Part shown: positions 25,209-37,292 of the stretch, in pieces
How positions within the stretch are numbered: the stretch's first letter is position 1
Layout of the letters: each line of letters begins with the position of its first letter
The notes under the pieces: model-generated
Told to the model about the DNA's origin: nothing
Seen by the model: only the letters and a program-made list of their open reading frames with translations
The model's database searches: none
NCBI GenBank assembly: GCA_964187785.1
Contig: OZ076409.1
Span: 44,146,001 to 44,210,000, forward strand
Length of the DNA: 64,000 nt
Origin: Amphiscolops sp. MND2022
Lineage: Eukaryota
Reading direction: 5' to 3'
Translations under genes and position numbers: made by a program

Positions 25209-28200
25209 TGTTCTATCGTATCGGAAGATCAGGATAAAGACATGTATGCTCGTTAAAATGTATTGTGTAACGTAACTCGTATCTTGTTCAACCTAACGTT
25301 GTCATTCATAAGACGTACAAGCATGCATAACAACTTAAAGGCTGAAAGGTACTCAGCTGTCTGTATGTTACTGTGACCTCTACGGTCTAACTGAATACAA
25401 GGACATATTGTCAGATTCCTCTTCTGTAAAGGTATAAAAAGTAAAGGTATAAAAGTATAAAATATATGAATAAATAAATTGCACGACTATTTTGAAAATC
25501 ACATGACAATTTTGAACAAAGTTTGCTGGTGATCATCTTTTTCAAAAGCGAGGTGTTTTTTCTACTTTTTTCCCATTGCTTGGTGATCACCGCCAAATGC
25601 ATGTTGTGTCTCCGTTTAGTTTCGTTCTCTCTTTCAGCTGGTTGCTCTGACAGTTCCACTTATTCACTATGTTTCCTGTAATTGTTAACGTGTTATTCGG
25701 TTACCATAACATATTATTGAGATTAACTGCGTTTATTCTTCCAGATTTTTTGTCGCTATGTCTATTCCCGTTATGGTGGTTTGTGTTCATACTTGTTTTC
25801 TACTGATCAATTTTTATTAGATCGGTATTACCGTTTCTATCCACCAATGCCATAGCGTTCGGGTTCTCTTCCGCTGCTTGTCATGCCTCTCTTGTTGGTT
25901 CTCTTGTCATATTTTCCAGGTACTTTCGAACATTGTTTTGTCCCGGTGATCATTGCTCAGTCGTGTTTCTAATCAGTTTCTTCCTTCCCTTTCATCATAC
26001 ACTTGGCTCATTTTATTGGGTCTTCCTTGTAGCATTTTAATGGGGCGTCGTTTCCAGCATACGTTCTTCTAGTAACGGAGTGCTTTTTCGCATTGGCTGT
26101 TCTTTTTTGGCTGTTGTTTCGGACTAGTTTAGTTGAATTTGTGTCAATCGATTGTCCGGTTCTCTTGAACTTTCTCCTCGTCTGGAGAGTGGATTCTGAA
26201 ATGTATTTGTTAACGGTTTGCTTACTCGTTTCCGATGTTTTAATTTTCTTCTTGTCCGTTATAACTGTGTTTTGTTCCAGCTACTGCCATTTGCGATTAT
26301 GTGTAAAATGCACTTTCAAATTTGTTTTTGTTTACGTTCTTGTCTAGATTGAGGTATAGAAAATTGTTACTAACGGCTTCTTCGTGGGGTCTTCGTCACC
26401 AGCTGGTCGTGGTTTCCTTTGCTGTTTGAGAACAAATACACCTGTAGTGTTTCTGGGTACGCTGAACTGATAAAGTTTCTGAGTTTGATAACAAATTTGA
26501 TTGATCATTTAGTTCCGTCCTCGGCTTTCTTCCGCAATGTCGTTTGAAAGGGGGTTCGTTAGTACTAGAGTGGACCGTTGCTCTAATTACGTTCAATGAA
26601 CGGCCCAAGTCTTCAATTAGGGCGTGTCCGACTAAAAAATTGATACGCGTATAATCCTTCATTGTTTTTATTTCCCTTTTATCTAAACCCATTGGTGTCG
26701 GTAGCTACATCGTTCCATATATTATATTATTATGTTCAGCTTCTTGCAGATATCTTTAATATCGTTTCCTATTAAGGTTGCGCCTTCATCAGTTCCAATG
26801 GTCTGTGGTATACCATTGAGAGTTATATATTGTTCCGAAAGACATTTTGCTCGTAGGTGTTTCGCAGATGCAGATGCATGCAGCTGGCCATCTGCTGTAC
26901 CGGTCTATTGGTACTAGTATTAACATGCCGAGAACAACCATAGTCGGCGCTATATCTAAGGCTCAAAAGTGTAGAAGAGGGGACCCTTAAGGCTTTGTGA
27001 AACTGTAGCTGGTTGCAAAATATAAAGAAAATTGAAGGCGGGACCCTTTGGTGCAATCCAGAAAATTTCAAAAAAAAGTCGCATAGTGCCGAAAAAAATT
27101 CGGGCTAAGATGGGATCCTTAGTGTGTTTTCGAGTTTCTGGACGTGTTTTGTTTTTTCCTTTCCTTTTGGACGCGCTTTTGATGTTCGAGTGTTTTGAAC
27201 CTCCATAGTTCAAGTTGTTGTGTAAATGAACAAAATAGTGGACCTTACGCGTCTTAAAAAAACTACCCACTGTAAGCGTCGACTAAAAATTGTCTTTGCT
27301 CAAATCTTATGGCTCCAATGAAATCCAATTGGATTTCTCAGTTTGGTTTTCCGGTTGTTGGTGGCAAGTAATTTATTTCTGTCAAAGGTAGTTGATGTTT
27401 CCAGCTCTTACCTGTCTTCTTCCATGGTATGCACTCGGTATGCACTTGTTGGATCTTTTTCCTGGACTTCGGCCATCAATGGTTTCTCGGCGGATGTCAT
27501 CTTGTTGATGGATGGGTGTCGTTTATGTAACAACTAAACGACTGTATTTCTGAAATATCTCGATACAATTACTTAGTCGTCATAAAATAACACTCCAAAT
27601 CTCGTCGATAAGTTTTTCGTGTATTGTATGTACTCCTCGAGTATTTGATTAATTGTCTGGTTTTGTAGACACATTAGAGTTTTAAGTAGCTTGTCTTCGT
27701 TCGTTATTTCCATTGCAATAGTTTTTATATCTATCGAGAATTTCTGATCCGCTTGTACCGTTTCTTCTGAGCTCATTCTTTATTTTCGCGGACGTGGCTC
27801 GCCTGTCCTTTTTGGATATATCTCAAACTGGTTGCTCCCGAACATTTTTTGAAGATTTTTGCCGGTAGGTCCAAAGAATTGTTCGAATTGGTTCACATAG
27901 TCTCGTCGCTCTGATGATCGGTTTCTTCTGCTTGTGTTGTTCCATTTGTCTCTTTTTCATTCTCATTGTTCGGACGTGGGCGTTTATTATCTTTTCTAAT
28001 ACTCTGAATTGTTCTTCTTTCCTGGTTTTTTATTTCGAGGTTTCTCGACTCTGCTCCTCTATTCTTTTCCAGACCACTTTGTTTGTTTTCTGGTGCAAAA
28101 CCATTTACACTCTTTGTTTTTCCATTCGATGAAACCTCGGTGGGTTATACTTTTTCCTGAATCTGTTTGTAGCTCTCTAATCATTTGGTTTTACTGCTCT

Positions 28201-30651
28201 TTCCATCTGTTTTTAACGGCTAAGACTTCCGCTGACAGATCTTCTCGTTTTACTTTTGCAAGCTTTTTGCTGTCCATGTTGATTTCGTTTCCTTTTTGTT
28301 TGCAAATGTTCACGTGTGATACTTTATGCTAAGTTAATAGCAACAAACTGCAATAGTTCACTGTTTTTCATGGTTGTGGTTTGTTTTGGTAGCTGACCTG
28401 TGATTGGTCGGTTTTTTGTTCACGCTTCTCTGAACGGTCCATTTGTTTTTTTTTCATCTTTGACTCGTTGATGCTGCCGTGGTTGTGAATAAGTTCATTC
28501 AATGGTATTGCGCAATTGATTACGTATTCTTCATTGTAATTTTCTATTGGTTCCGGTTTTGTCACCAGATGTTAGCTCAAGTAATCTGTTAGTTCCTGTT
28601 GTTCACCCGCAATTTGTTTTATTTTGATGTCAAAGTGTGCCAGTTTATCTAACTATCGTGTCAATCTTGTAATGTATGTCTTGTTTTTGATCTTTTTTTC
28701 ATAACTAATGGTTCTAACGCTTGGTGATTGGCCACTAGTTCAATTGGACTTCCGAAGATGTGAAGTCTGAAATATTCCAGTACCCACACTACAGCGAGTA
28801 GCTTGAGTTCATTTTTTTGCGTAATTGTTGGTGTCTGAAAGGAATCTACGTGCGTTTTAAATTACCGTCTTTCTGTGTTTGCCACCGTGTTGCTCCCAAT
28901 CTTTCGTACTGTCATCTGTTGTTATTATGTTTTCATTAGCTGCAATAATATGTGCTAAACAGCGAAAATTTGTAAAGTATTCCTTCAACTTGCTGAAACT
29001 GTTCGTATGTTTTTCTGTCCAATTCCAAACATTCGTTTCTTCACCAAGATATTGGTGTTAACGGATAAAATTTTGATGCAATATAAGAGGTACTGGATTG
29101 CTCCGAAGAAGTCTTCAGTGTCTTTATGTTTCTTGGGGCTTTTTTCAGTTACCGTTTAAACTTTATTCTGTAGTGAGTGTATATCTTGACGGTAAATTTC
29201 ATGACCAATCCATTTGATTTCGTTCTTGAAGAATTCGCATTTCTTTGGGTTTATTTTGTACTCCGCACTTTCTAGTTTTCTCATTGTTTCTCGGACTTCC
29301 GCTTCGTGTTTTTTCATGTCGTCAGATTGTTTACATCTTTGTGATAGTTAATTGTTGATTCTTTTTATCAGTCATTACATAGACCAAACATTTTGGAAGT
29401 AATGTTACTGCCTAACCGCTGTCTAATATGGAACTGATTGGTCCCTCGTTAACCAATAGCGTTGTGTTGTAAAATAACTTCTGATCGTTGCCGTTTGTCT
29501 TTCGAATTTTGTTGTATCTTGCTCCGCGATTTGCACATTTTCCCATAATGCCCTCTCTTTTTGCAGCCTCGACACACTGCGAATTTTACACGACAGTTAT
29601 GCTGTCTTGACCCGTTCGCAGCGCCACATTGTCCGCATCGGTTTTTTGTATTATATTTTCTGACTGTCCGATTTTTTTCTTGATCTTTCGTAACTGGATT
29701 TCTCGGACCATTGTAGTTTGGACTGTCGTTCTTGGACGTGTTGTATTCCTCTGCCGTCAATGGAATTGTTTTGACTCGTTAAGTCGGTTTTATAGTTTTT
29801 GATGTATCAGTTCCGTAATTTTCTCAATGGTCCTGTTGCTTTTTCGTATTTTCGACTTGGTTCGTAATCGCCTGCTGATCTTCCAATCAGTGACAAGAAG
29901 ATTAGGGTATCAGTTCTGCTGAGGTCACATTTGCGAATTCACAGTTCTTTTCTAAGTTTAGGATTCTTGTCCCTACATCTTCGGCTGTTTCCTTCTTCCC
30001 CTAGTTATTGCGGAGAAATTGGTGCGGCTGTGGAACTTGCTTCGATCCGGAAAAAAATGTAGTTGGAACAAAGAATAAAATCAATTTATATCCATTTTGT
30101 TTGGGTCGTTGTCTCTAACGGTTCTAGTCATCTGTGATTTTGCTGATTCTTCCAGTGCCCGTGTAAAAGGTCTTTCATTCGGTGTTCCAAATAGTTTCGA
30201 TAATGTTCCAAGGTCTCCCAGCTGTTTGTTTTTAAATTTAGATCAAGGTTTTGAGTCATTTTAAATGTACTGTGTAAATCTGCGCCACTAAGCTTGGCTT
30301 CTTGTGTAAACTTTTTGTCAATTGTTGGTAAGATGTTCTTCTGATGTGTTTTCTCGTTTTTTATTTTTCCGTGAGCTGATGCTTCTCCATTTGAGGAGCT
30401 TGTGCTTTCTGATATAGTGCTGTTTTCCTTTTTTTACTCTCACTGCTCCATGTTTTATCGTATCGAGAAATAAGGATGAAGTATGCTTGTAGGTGTGTAT
30501 TGTGTGAAGTAACTGGTATTTTGTTCAACTGGGTGTGTTCACCCATAAGATGTACAAGCATGTATAATAACTTGAAGGCTGACAGGTACTGAGCTGTGTG
30601 TATGTTACTGTGACATCTACGGTCCATTGAAAGCTATGACATAATGTCACA
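25209..30651 (-). mobile_element. Decayed, internally deleted Gypsy-type element 'Gypsy-3' with ~200-bp LTRs
   Basis: Diverged direct repeats 25209-25415 and 30451-30651. Purine tract GAAGAGGAA (minus strand, 25416-25424) and PBS-like TGGAGCAGTGAG next to 30451. Gag knuckle CRGCKKRGHYGKMC (29449-29760); RNase H and integrase-like fragments ~26350-29300. Confidence 0.8.
26921..27289 (+). mobile_element. Repeat family B copy inserted in Gypsy-3
   Basis: Head ...TAGTCGGCGCTATATCTAAGGCTCAAAAG; tail CACTGTAAGCGTCGACTAAAAA. Confidence 0.7.
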
Positions 30652-32383
30652 ATGACAGACAAGCTTTCATGAATGGAGTGCCTCTCAAGCTTGGGCAATT
30701 TTTTTTACTCAACCAGAGGATACAACAATAGATCTGTGCGCGAACGAAATCAAAGCGGCCACGAAAACCTTTAGGGAATCACCCTCAACCAACTTGACAA
30801 TAACAATCGTCACAATACACAAAACAAGAAGCAACGACAACGAAACAATAATGACAACAACTACAACCGAAATTAACCGCAACTCCGGATTCAATGGGAG
30901 CAAAATCCAACAGCGCTCACAAATCAACCAACAAAGCAACCGTATCAATAAACAGAATTGCAGCAACCGTAATTCGAATGGGCGAAACGACCAGAAGCAT
31001 TATAGAGCGAAATCAGGGTGTGCACATTGCAATATTTGAAACAAAAGTGGTAAACTTCAGCAGCATGTGGATTTCGTGCAACATACATAGGAGCTGCCCG
31101 CTCCCTTCATCACGTCTCTAGTGCCCCCTACTACAACCCAATGGTCTCACAGTATCAGATGCCGTCACCCCAACGAGCGATGCCACCACAAATGATGCAA
31201 CAATAGATGTACAACCCACATATGAACCAGAACTAAAAAAACAAGTGAGCCACACAGAGTCAACCTTCTACTCTAACTTTTGTTAATGTTTTATCTAACA
31301 AGCCTCAGATTTCACTTTTTTCTTAACCTTTAAATGCTCATTTCCTATTAGAGCTTTTGAAAATACTGGAGCCTTCTCTAGTGCCATGGCTTTATATAAC
31401 TTCCAGAGGCTACAACGCCTGTGTCCGTCTGTCATTGCTAACTATAATCCCCAAGAAAGCACTGTCAAAGTGACTAACGGTGCATTTGTACCGACCTTTC
31501 GAACTTTCAAAGGCGAATTTTCCATTGCTAGGGAAAAGTTACTTTACAGCTAACAGAACGTATAAATTCAAACAGAAAAAGTTCGCTGACTTCAAAAAAT
31601 AACTTGTTCTCACACTCCAATCAGTCTTAGCAAACGAACCTAACACGTCGGAAAATTTCGCATGTTCTCTGCAGCATATTACCTTCCCGGAAGATACAGT
31701 TGCTTCAGTGGAACCATGTCCAAAATTGGAGAAGAAACAGGTCCTTTCATACAAGTGCCATTGTGAAGATAGAAAAAGAAAATAAAATTTCATTCGGAGG
31801 TTACCATTTCAAATTTTTCACAAGATACCCGAATAAGCATACTCACACCAAAACAAACAGCTTATCTACAACCTGTTGATCCAGCGCTTATAACGAAATA
31901 TTTTAATGAGCAAGTAAAAACGCTGATTCATGACTCAAACACCAAAGTGTTGGCGAGTGAGGAGCCATTTTGGTTCCCCACTCCTGAAATTTGCTCAGAA
32001 ACGGGAAACCTTACTGGAATCCATAAAAGAAAAATGATGAATTCGCGAAACTCAAATTACAAGAGACATCTGATCCGATAAATCTGGAAAAAAACAGAAA
32101 ACAATTACTCCAACTGATTTTTTGGGAAAATTCAGTCTTCAATGACACCCAGAAAAGTACGGTAGAAGATCTACAATTTTATCAATTTTTTGCGTGTCCC
32201 CGACTTGACAAAGGTGCAAATCATGATCTCAAGATGAAACTAACACCCAAAAACAAGTATCCCTTCAAAACACAGGGTCCTCCGAACCCCATTCATTTGC
32301 CCGACGAAGTCCTAGTGGAATTAACATTTCGCCGTAGTAGGATATCATTACAACCCTCATGAGTATTAAACACTCCAGTCCCA

Positions 32384-32870
32384 TTTTTAGTCGGCACTTT
32401 TCTAGGGAAAAGTGCCCGACACTTACAGTGGCTAGTTTTTTTTCTTTTTTTTTCGTCAGACTACAATCTCACTCTGATTGCGCCACTTTTCTTACAATCG
32501 AAACTACTAAAACTACTACCAAAAGGCCAAGCCCGGTCAGCGGAAATTAGTGCAAAATGGTCCTCCCTTTCATTTTTTACTATTTTAACGTAACCTACAA
32601 AACCGGACGTGCCTAAAGGGTTCCCCCTTTGTATTTTTTTGGGCACTGTGCGACTTTTTTTCGAAAAATTTTTTATTGTCTCAAAAGGATCCCCCTTCGA
32701 GTTTTTTCATATTTTGCAACAGAATGAATATATGTTAATAAAGCTCAAAGGGTCCCCCTTTTTACGTTTTTTGGCACTATGCGACGGTTTCTGGAAGAAG
32801 AAAAATTCAAAGATTCCAAGTTTTTTTCCAAGTTAGATATAGCGCCGACTTTAGACGTTTCCGTCTTGTT
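32384..32870 (-). mobile_element. Repeat family B copy inserted in a T run of Gypsy-1 RT
   Basis: Removing it rejoins SSPIF|ALSKPS (the SPIFAxRKP RT motif); no TSD. Tail hairpin GCACTTTTC-TAGG-GAAAAGTGC. Confidence 0.85.
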
Positions 32871-33044
32871 GCCCTTAGCAAGCCTTCAGCAAAACAACGT
32901 TTGTCAGTTGATCTTCGTCGAATGAAGTATATTTTTAAAGACGTTTGTGACAATCATCAGTAGCCTATCGCCACTTTGGCTGATGTCAATGCCCATCTAG
33001 ATAGGAAAACGTTTTTCGCGAAGTTAGATTGTAGTCAAGCCTAT

Positions 33045-33577
33045 CATCACAATGATCGCGCAGTAATTATTAGTTCACTTAGCACAGTGGATCAGTCTTT
33101 GCCTTCGAACTGGTCTGCGCGAGTTCGAATCTGCGACAGTGCTCTTTTTTAGTTTCTTTGTCTATTTATTCTTTCACCTTCAATTTGATCAATCACTTTG
33201 CACGACAGCAATTACATTGCTCATTTGATGTACAATATTTACCACCCATTGCTCACTATTGTAAACGTTGTTTTTACATACATGTAAACAACCAGTTGAG
33301 ACCTTTTTGTTGCCCCTTTGGCTTTAAATGCCTAATTTGCTGGTTAACAACCTGCTAACAACCAGTTCCCCACTATTGTCTCTAAACTCACTCATTCATA
33401 TTCATACCGTTACCGTGATAAGAAATCGTCATAAAACGTTATCAATCTTAGTCTTCTTGTTTGAGAACAAGACCTCAATCTTTAGCTTGAACTCTATCTT
33501 TGAGTTCCCTCAATCTATCTAGTTTGAACTCTATCTTTGAGTTTCTCCGTATTAGCTTGAGAGCTACCCCCAAAACA
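33045..33577 (+). repeat. BEL-1 5' LTR (5'-clipped)
   Basis: Matches 37520-38052. Confidence 0.95.
33073..33150 (+). ncRNA. Putative tRNA-derived Pol III unit in BEL-1 5' LTR (second copy at 37548-37625)
   Basis: A box TAGCACAGTGG at 33080-33090, B box GAGTTCGAATC at 33121-33131 at tRNA-like spacing, T6 terminator at 33145-33150. Cloverleaf stems are degenerate. Confidence 0.5.
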
Positions 33578-33578
33578 T

Positions 33579-33596
33579 TGGTGACCTCGACGTGAT
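33579..33596 (+). promoter_or_regulatory. BEL-1 primer-binding site, tRNA-Trp
   Basis: TGGTGACCTCGACGTGAT, one mismatch from the canonical Trp PBS TGGTGACCCCGACGTGAT. Confidence 0.85.
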
Positions 33597-36500
33597 GTCA
33601 ACAGCAGATGCTCCAGGAGGTTCAGACGGCTCTGGTGGTGTGCAGAAGTTGGCTCAATTGAAGCGATCAAGAGGGGCTCATCGTGGTGTCCTCACAAGAC
33701 GGGCTACAGCAATCCGGCAAGCCGGTGGAGCACTCGAGGATGTGCAAGCCACATTGGAGTTCCTGATCGACCGTCGAAAGATGCTGACAGAGTTGGATTC
33801 ACAGATTCAACAACTCATTGAAGAAGACGATGAGCTAGACGCTGATGTGGATGAAGCTGCAGATGTGTTCCTGGCAGCAGAAAGGGCAGTGAAGTGGTGT
33901 CAGGCCAGGATCAAGGAGTTGCAGCCTTCAAGCCCAAGCGCCGCAGCGGCACCATCCTGTGGTAGCCTGACTACGAAACTTCCCAAGCTGACTCTTCCTT
34001 CATTCAGCGGCGAGTATACGCAGTGGGTCTCCTTCTGGGACCAATTTACAACATTGGTTGACAGCAAACGTGACATGACCAATGTTGAGAAGCTATCTTA
34101 CCTCAAGCTGGCACTGAAGGGTGATGCAGCTCAGATAGTTTCATCTTTGTTGGTCACTGATACCAATTACGATATCGCCAAGCGTAAGTTAGAGGAGCAC
34201 TACAACAACAAGCGATCAATCGTGAAGGCGCACTTGGCGGCAATTCATGCCCTACCAGCCATCAAGAAGGAGTCAAGTGTCGAGCTGCGCAAGTTACTGG
34301 AGTCGACCAATGAACATGTGCAAGCACTAGAAGCCTTAGGGCTTCCTGTCGATCAATGGGATGCAATACTTGTGTACTGGCTGCTGGAGAAACTTGATGC
34401 TGTGTCGAGGAAGCAATTTGAATTGGCTCATCCTGGCACAGATGTGTTAACATTCAAGGAGTTAACTACATTCATGGATAGACGAAGCCGTGCATTGGAA
34501 TCAAGCGGCGACCAGCATGAGGCTTCTGTCCCCAAGACGACGCCTAAGAAGGTGCTTCAAGAAGCATACTCCTCAACTGTTGAGCACTCAACAAGCTGTC
34601 GGATGAAAGAATGCAATGGGTCTCACTCAATTTCTCAGTGTGATCGCTACAAGCAGTTGGGCACACGTGAGAGAAAGGCAGTGGTGAGGAAGCTCAAACT
34701 GTGCATGAATTGTCTGGGGCGGCATTTCGTGGCTGATTGTCCATCGAAATTCAGCTGCCGCACTTGCAACGGAAGACATCATACATCACTAAACTTCGAT
34801 CGTTCAGTCGAGCAGCAAAGTGGCGTGACAAGTGGTGCAACATTCAGCGGTCCTTCTGTGCTTCTGTCAACAGCAATGGTTGGCATTGATGATGCAGCGG
34901 GAAAGACAATGATGTTTCGAGCCTTGCTGGACTCAGGTTCTCAAACATCCTTCATCACAGCAGATGCAGCATCGAAACTCAACATCGCCCGTTCAACAGT
35001 TGATGTGAAGATCTCAGGGATTGGTGGACGGCAACAAGCAGCAAAGGAGTCAGTCAATCTCGTGATTGGTCCTCAAAAATTGCCAGTAACAGCACTAGTG
35101 CTGAACTCAATTGCAGGTAATATACCCTCTCAATTCATTAATTTGAAACAATTGAAATCAATGAAAAGTGTAGCATTAGCTGACGAAAACTTCCATCAAC
35201 CTGGCCCCGTTCAATTGTTGTTGGGCGCGGATGTGTACGAGGATCTCTTTCTGGACGAAAGGCGGAAGGCTCATGGGCTTCACTATCGCAAGTCTATCTT
35301 CGGCTGGGTGGTCACTGGAGTGTTGTCCCAAGTGCGTGCCCACCAATGTCAATCATTCCATGTTGCAGTGGAACTGGATCTTGCTCGGTTCTGGGAAGTT
35401 GAAGAGATTCCTCGAGTGAAGCTGATGTCCAAAGAAAATCGTCAATGTGCGGAACATTACGATACGACGACCTATGTGGCAGATGACGGCCGCATCACAG
35501 TTCATCTTCCTTTCAAGACTGAGGCACGTCCCTCGAACAACTTTCAAACAGCCAAGCAGAGATTGTTCGCTTTGGAACGAAAGCTCAAGGATCACGGTGA
35601 TGTGAAGCAGCAGTATCGTGACTTCATCAAGGAATTTCTAGACATGGGTCACTTGGAAGAAGCTCGTCAGACTCCAGGGTTGTGTTACTACTTACCCCAT
35701 CACTGTGTGTTCAAAGATAGTACAACAACAAAGCTTCGTGTCGTGTTCGATGCTAGCAGCAAGTCCCCAAATAGCTATTCTCTCAACGATTGCTTACTGC
35801 TTGGACCTCGCTTACAAGACGATGTGTTCGACATCCTCATTCGCTTTCGCCTACACCAATATGCCTTGTCGGCAGATGTGGCAAAGATGTATCGGCAAGT
35901 GGCCTTAGACGAATCAGATCGTGACTTCCACCGAATTCTGTGGCGTGATTTCTTGACGGACGAAATCCGAGAACTGCGCATGACCCGTGTGACGTACGGT
36001 GTTGCCAGTTCCTCCTACCATTCAACCCAAGCACTTCAACAGAGTGGCAAAACAAACGGATCCAACCCCAACACAGTGAATGTGATTCTCAATGACTTCT
36101 GGGTTGATGATCTACTTAGTGGTGCTGATACACTAGAGGAAGCATGCCTGCTTCAAGACGATCTGATTGAAACCCTCAACAAGAATTGTATCCCACTACG
36201 CAAGTGGAGCAGCAATGAACCCCAATTGGTCACTCGTCTTCCGAAAGATCTTCAGGAAGCTGGTAAGGCCTATGAAATCAACGACAAAACCCATCAAATC
36301 AAAACACTTGGACTGACGTGGCACCCTCTAGAGGATCACTTTGTGTACGCATGTAGTACTCCAGTTCTCGTAGTAGCCAAGATCATCATTCAGTCGTGTT
36401 GGAAGCTGGATCTTGAGTGGAACGATACAGTCCCAGACGATGTGTCACGAGCATACACAAACTGGAAAGATGGCATGGGCTCGCTCTCACAACTCAAGAT

Positions 36501-37191
36501 ACCCAGGAAGGTGCTACCAACCCACTTGTACGATGAAGCCTCTTTGCAAGTCTTCTGTGATGCTTCCGAAAAGGCCTACGGTGCTTGTGTTTATCTGGTG
36601 TCAATCAAAGATGACGTTATATCTTCAACCCTCATCTCCTCCAAATGCAAGGTGGCGCCGATCAAACCATCAACTCTCCCTCGTCTCGAGCTCCTAGCAA
36701 TACACACTGGTGCCAAACTTGCAACAGCGGTCAAGGGGGCACTATCAAAATCAAAGCACGCACTGAACATCTCAGTGTTGTACTCAGACTCAACGATCGC
36801 ACTCTCCTGGATCAAAGCGGATCCCTCTCGATGGCACACATTTGTCTCCAACCGTGTCTCTCAAATTCAGTCAATGTTGCCAACAACTGAATTTCTTCAC
36901 GTGCCATCAGAAGAGAACCCAGCAGATCTGTGCTCATGCGGATTGCTAGCAACGCAGTTGGTGGCACAACAGAAATTCTGGTTTCAAGGGCCATCGTGGT
37001 TGGGATCATCCTTTCCTGATCAACCTCAGACTCTCCTCACAAAGGAGGAAGCACGCCAAGAAGTCAAATCCTTGACAGTGTTAACCTCACACAGTAATTC
37101 GTTAGTAGACTTGGACAATTTCAATTCACTAGTGAAATTGCTAAGAACTCTATGCATTTGCAAGGTAGCATTCAAGAAAGAGGAGGTTTAG
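33595..37191 (+). CDS. BEL/Pao Gag-protease-RT-RNase H polyprotein (no integrase)
   Basis: Gag KLPKLTLPSFSGEYTQWVSFWDQF (DUF1759-type) and three Cys/His knuckles; protease ALLDSGSQ; RT YLPHH, KLRVVFDAS, ADVAKMYRQV, FWVDD; RNase H VFCDASEKAYG, LPRLEL, SDSTIAL, ENPAD. Confidence 0.9.
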   Translation: MSTADAPGGSDGSGGVQKLAQLKRSRGAHRGVLTRRATAIRQAGGALEDVQATLEFLIDRRKMLTELDSQIQQLIEEDDELDADVDEAADVFLAAERAVKWCQARIKELQPSSPSAAAAPSCGSLTTKLPKLTLPSFSGEYTQWVSFWDQFTTLVDSKRDMTNVEKLSYLKLALKGDAAQIVSSLLVTDTNYDIAKRKLEEHYNNKRSIVKAHLAAIHALPAIKKESSVELRKLLESTNEHVQALEALGLPVDQWDAILVYWLLEKLDAVSRKQFELAHPGTDVLTFKELTTFMDRRSRALESSGDQHEASVPKTTPKKVLQEAYSSTVEHSTSCRMKECNGSHSISQCDRYKQLGTRERKAVVRKLKLCMNCLGRHFVADCPSKFSCRTCNGRHHTSLNFDRSVEQQSGVTSGATFSGPSVLLSTAMVGIDDAAGKTMMFRALLDSGSQTSFITADAASKLNIARSTVDVKISGIGGRQQAAKESVNLVIGPQKLPVTALVLNSIAGNIPSQFINLKQLKSMKSVALADENFHQPGPVQLLLGADVYEDLFLDERRKAHGLHYRKSIFGWVVTGVLSQVRAHQCQSFHVAVELDLARFWEVEEIPRVKLMSKENRQCAEHYDTTTYVADDGRITVHLPFKTEARPSNNFQTAKQRLFALERKLKDHGDVKQQYRDFIKEFLDMGHLEEARQTPGLCYYLPHHCVFKDSTTTKLRVVFDASSKSPNSYSLNDCLLLGPRLQDDVFDILIRFRLHQYALSADVAKMYRQVALDESDRDFHRILWRDFLTDEIRELRMTRVTYGVASSSYHSTQALQQSGKTNGSNPNTVNVILNDFWVDDLLSGADTLEEACLLQDDLIETLNKNCIPLRKWSSNEPQLVTRLPKDLQEAGKAYEINDKTHQIKTLGLTWHPLEDHFVYACSTPVLVVAKIIIQSCWKLDLEWNDTVPDDVSRAYTNWKDGMGSLSQLKIPRKVLPTHLYDEASLQVFCDASEKAYGACVYLVSIKDDVISSTLISSKCKVAPIKPSTLPRLELLAIHTGAKLATAVKGALSKSKHALNISVLYSDSTIALSWIKADPSRWHTFVSNRVSQIQSMLPTTEFLHVPSEENPADLCSCGLLATQLVAQQKFWFQGPSWLGSSFPDQPQTLLTKEEARQEVKSLTVLTSHSNSLVDLDNFNSLVKLLRTLCICKVAFKKEEV

Positions 37192-37292
37192 TGTGTAAAG
37201 AGAAGAACAAAGAAGCCAGCCAATATTTTAAATTTTTCTGCAGCTGCACACACCCAACTCAATTACCCGAAGTATACCCAATCCCTTTATGG

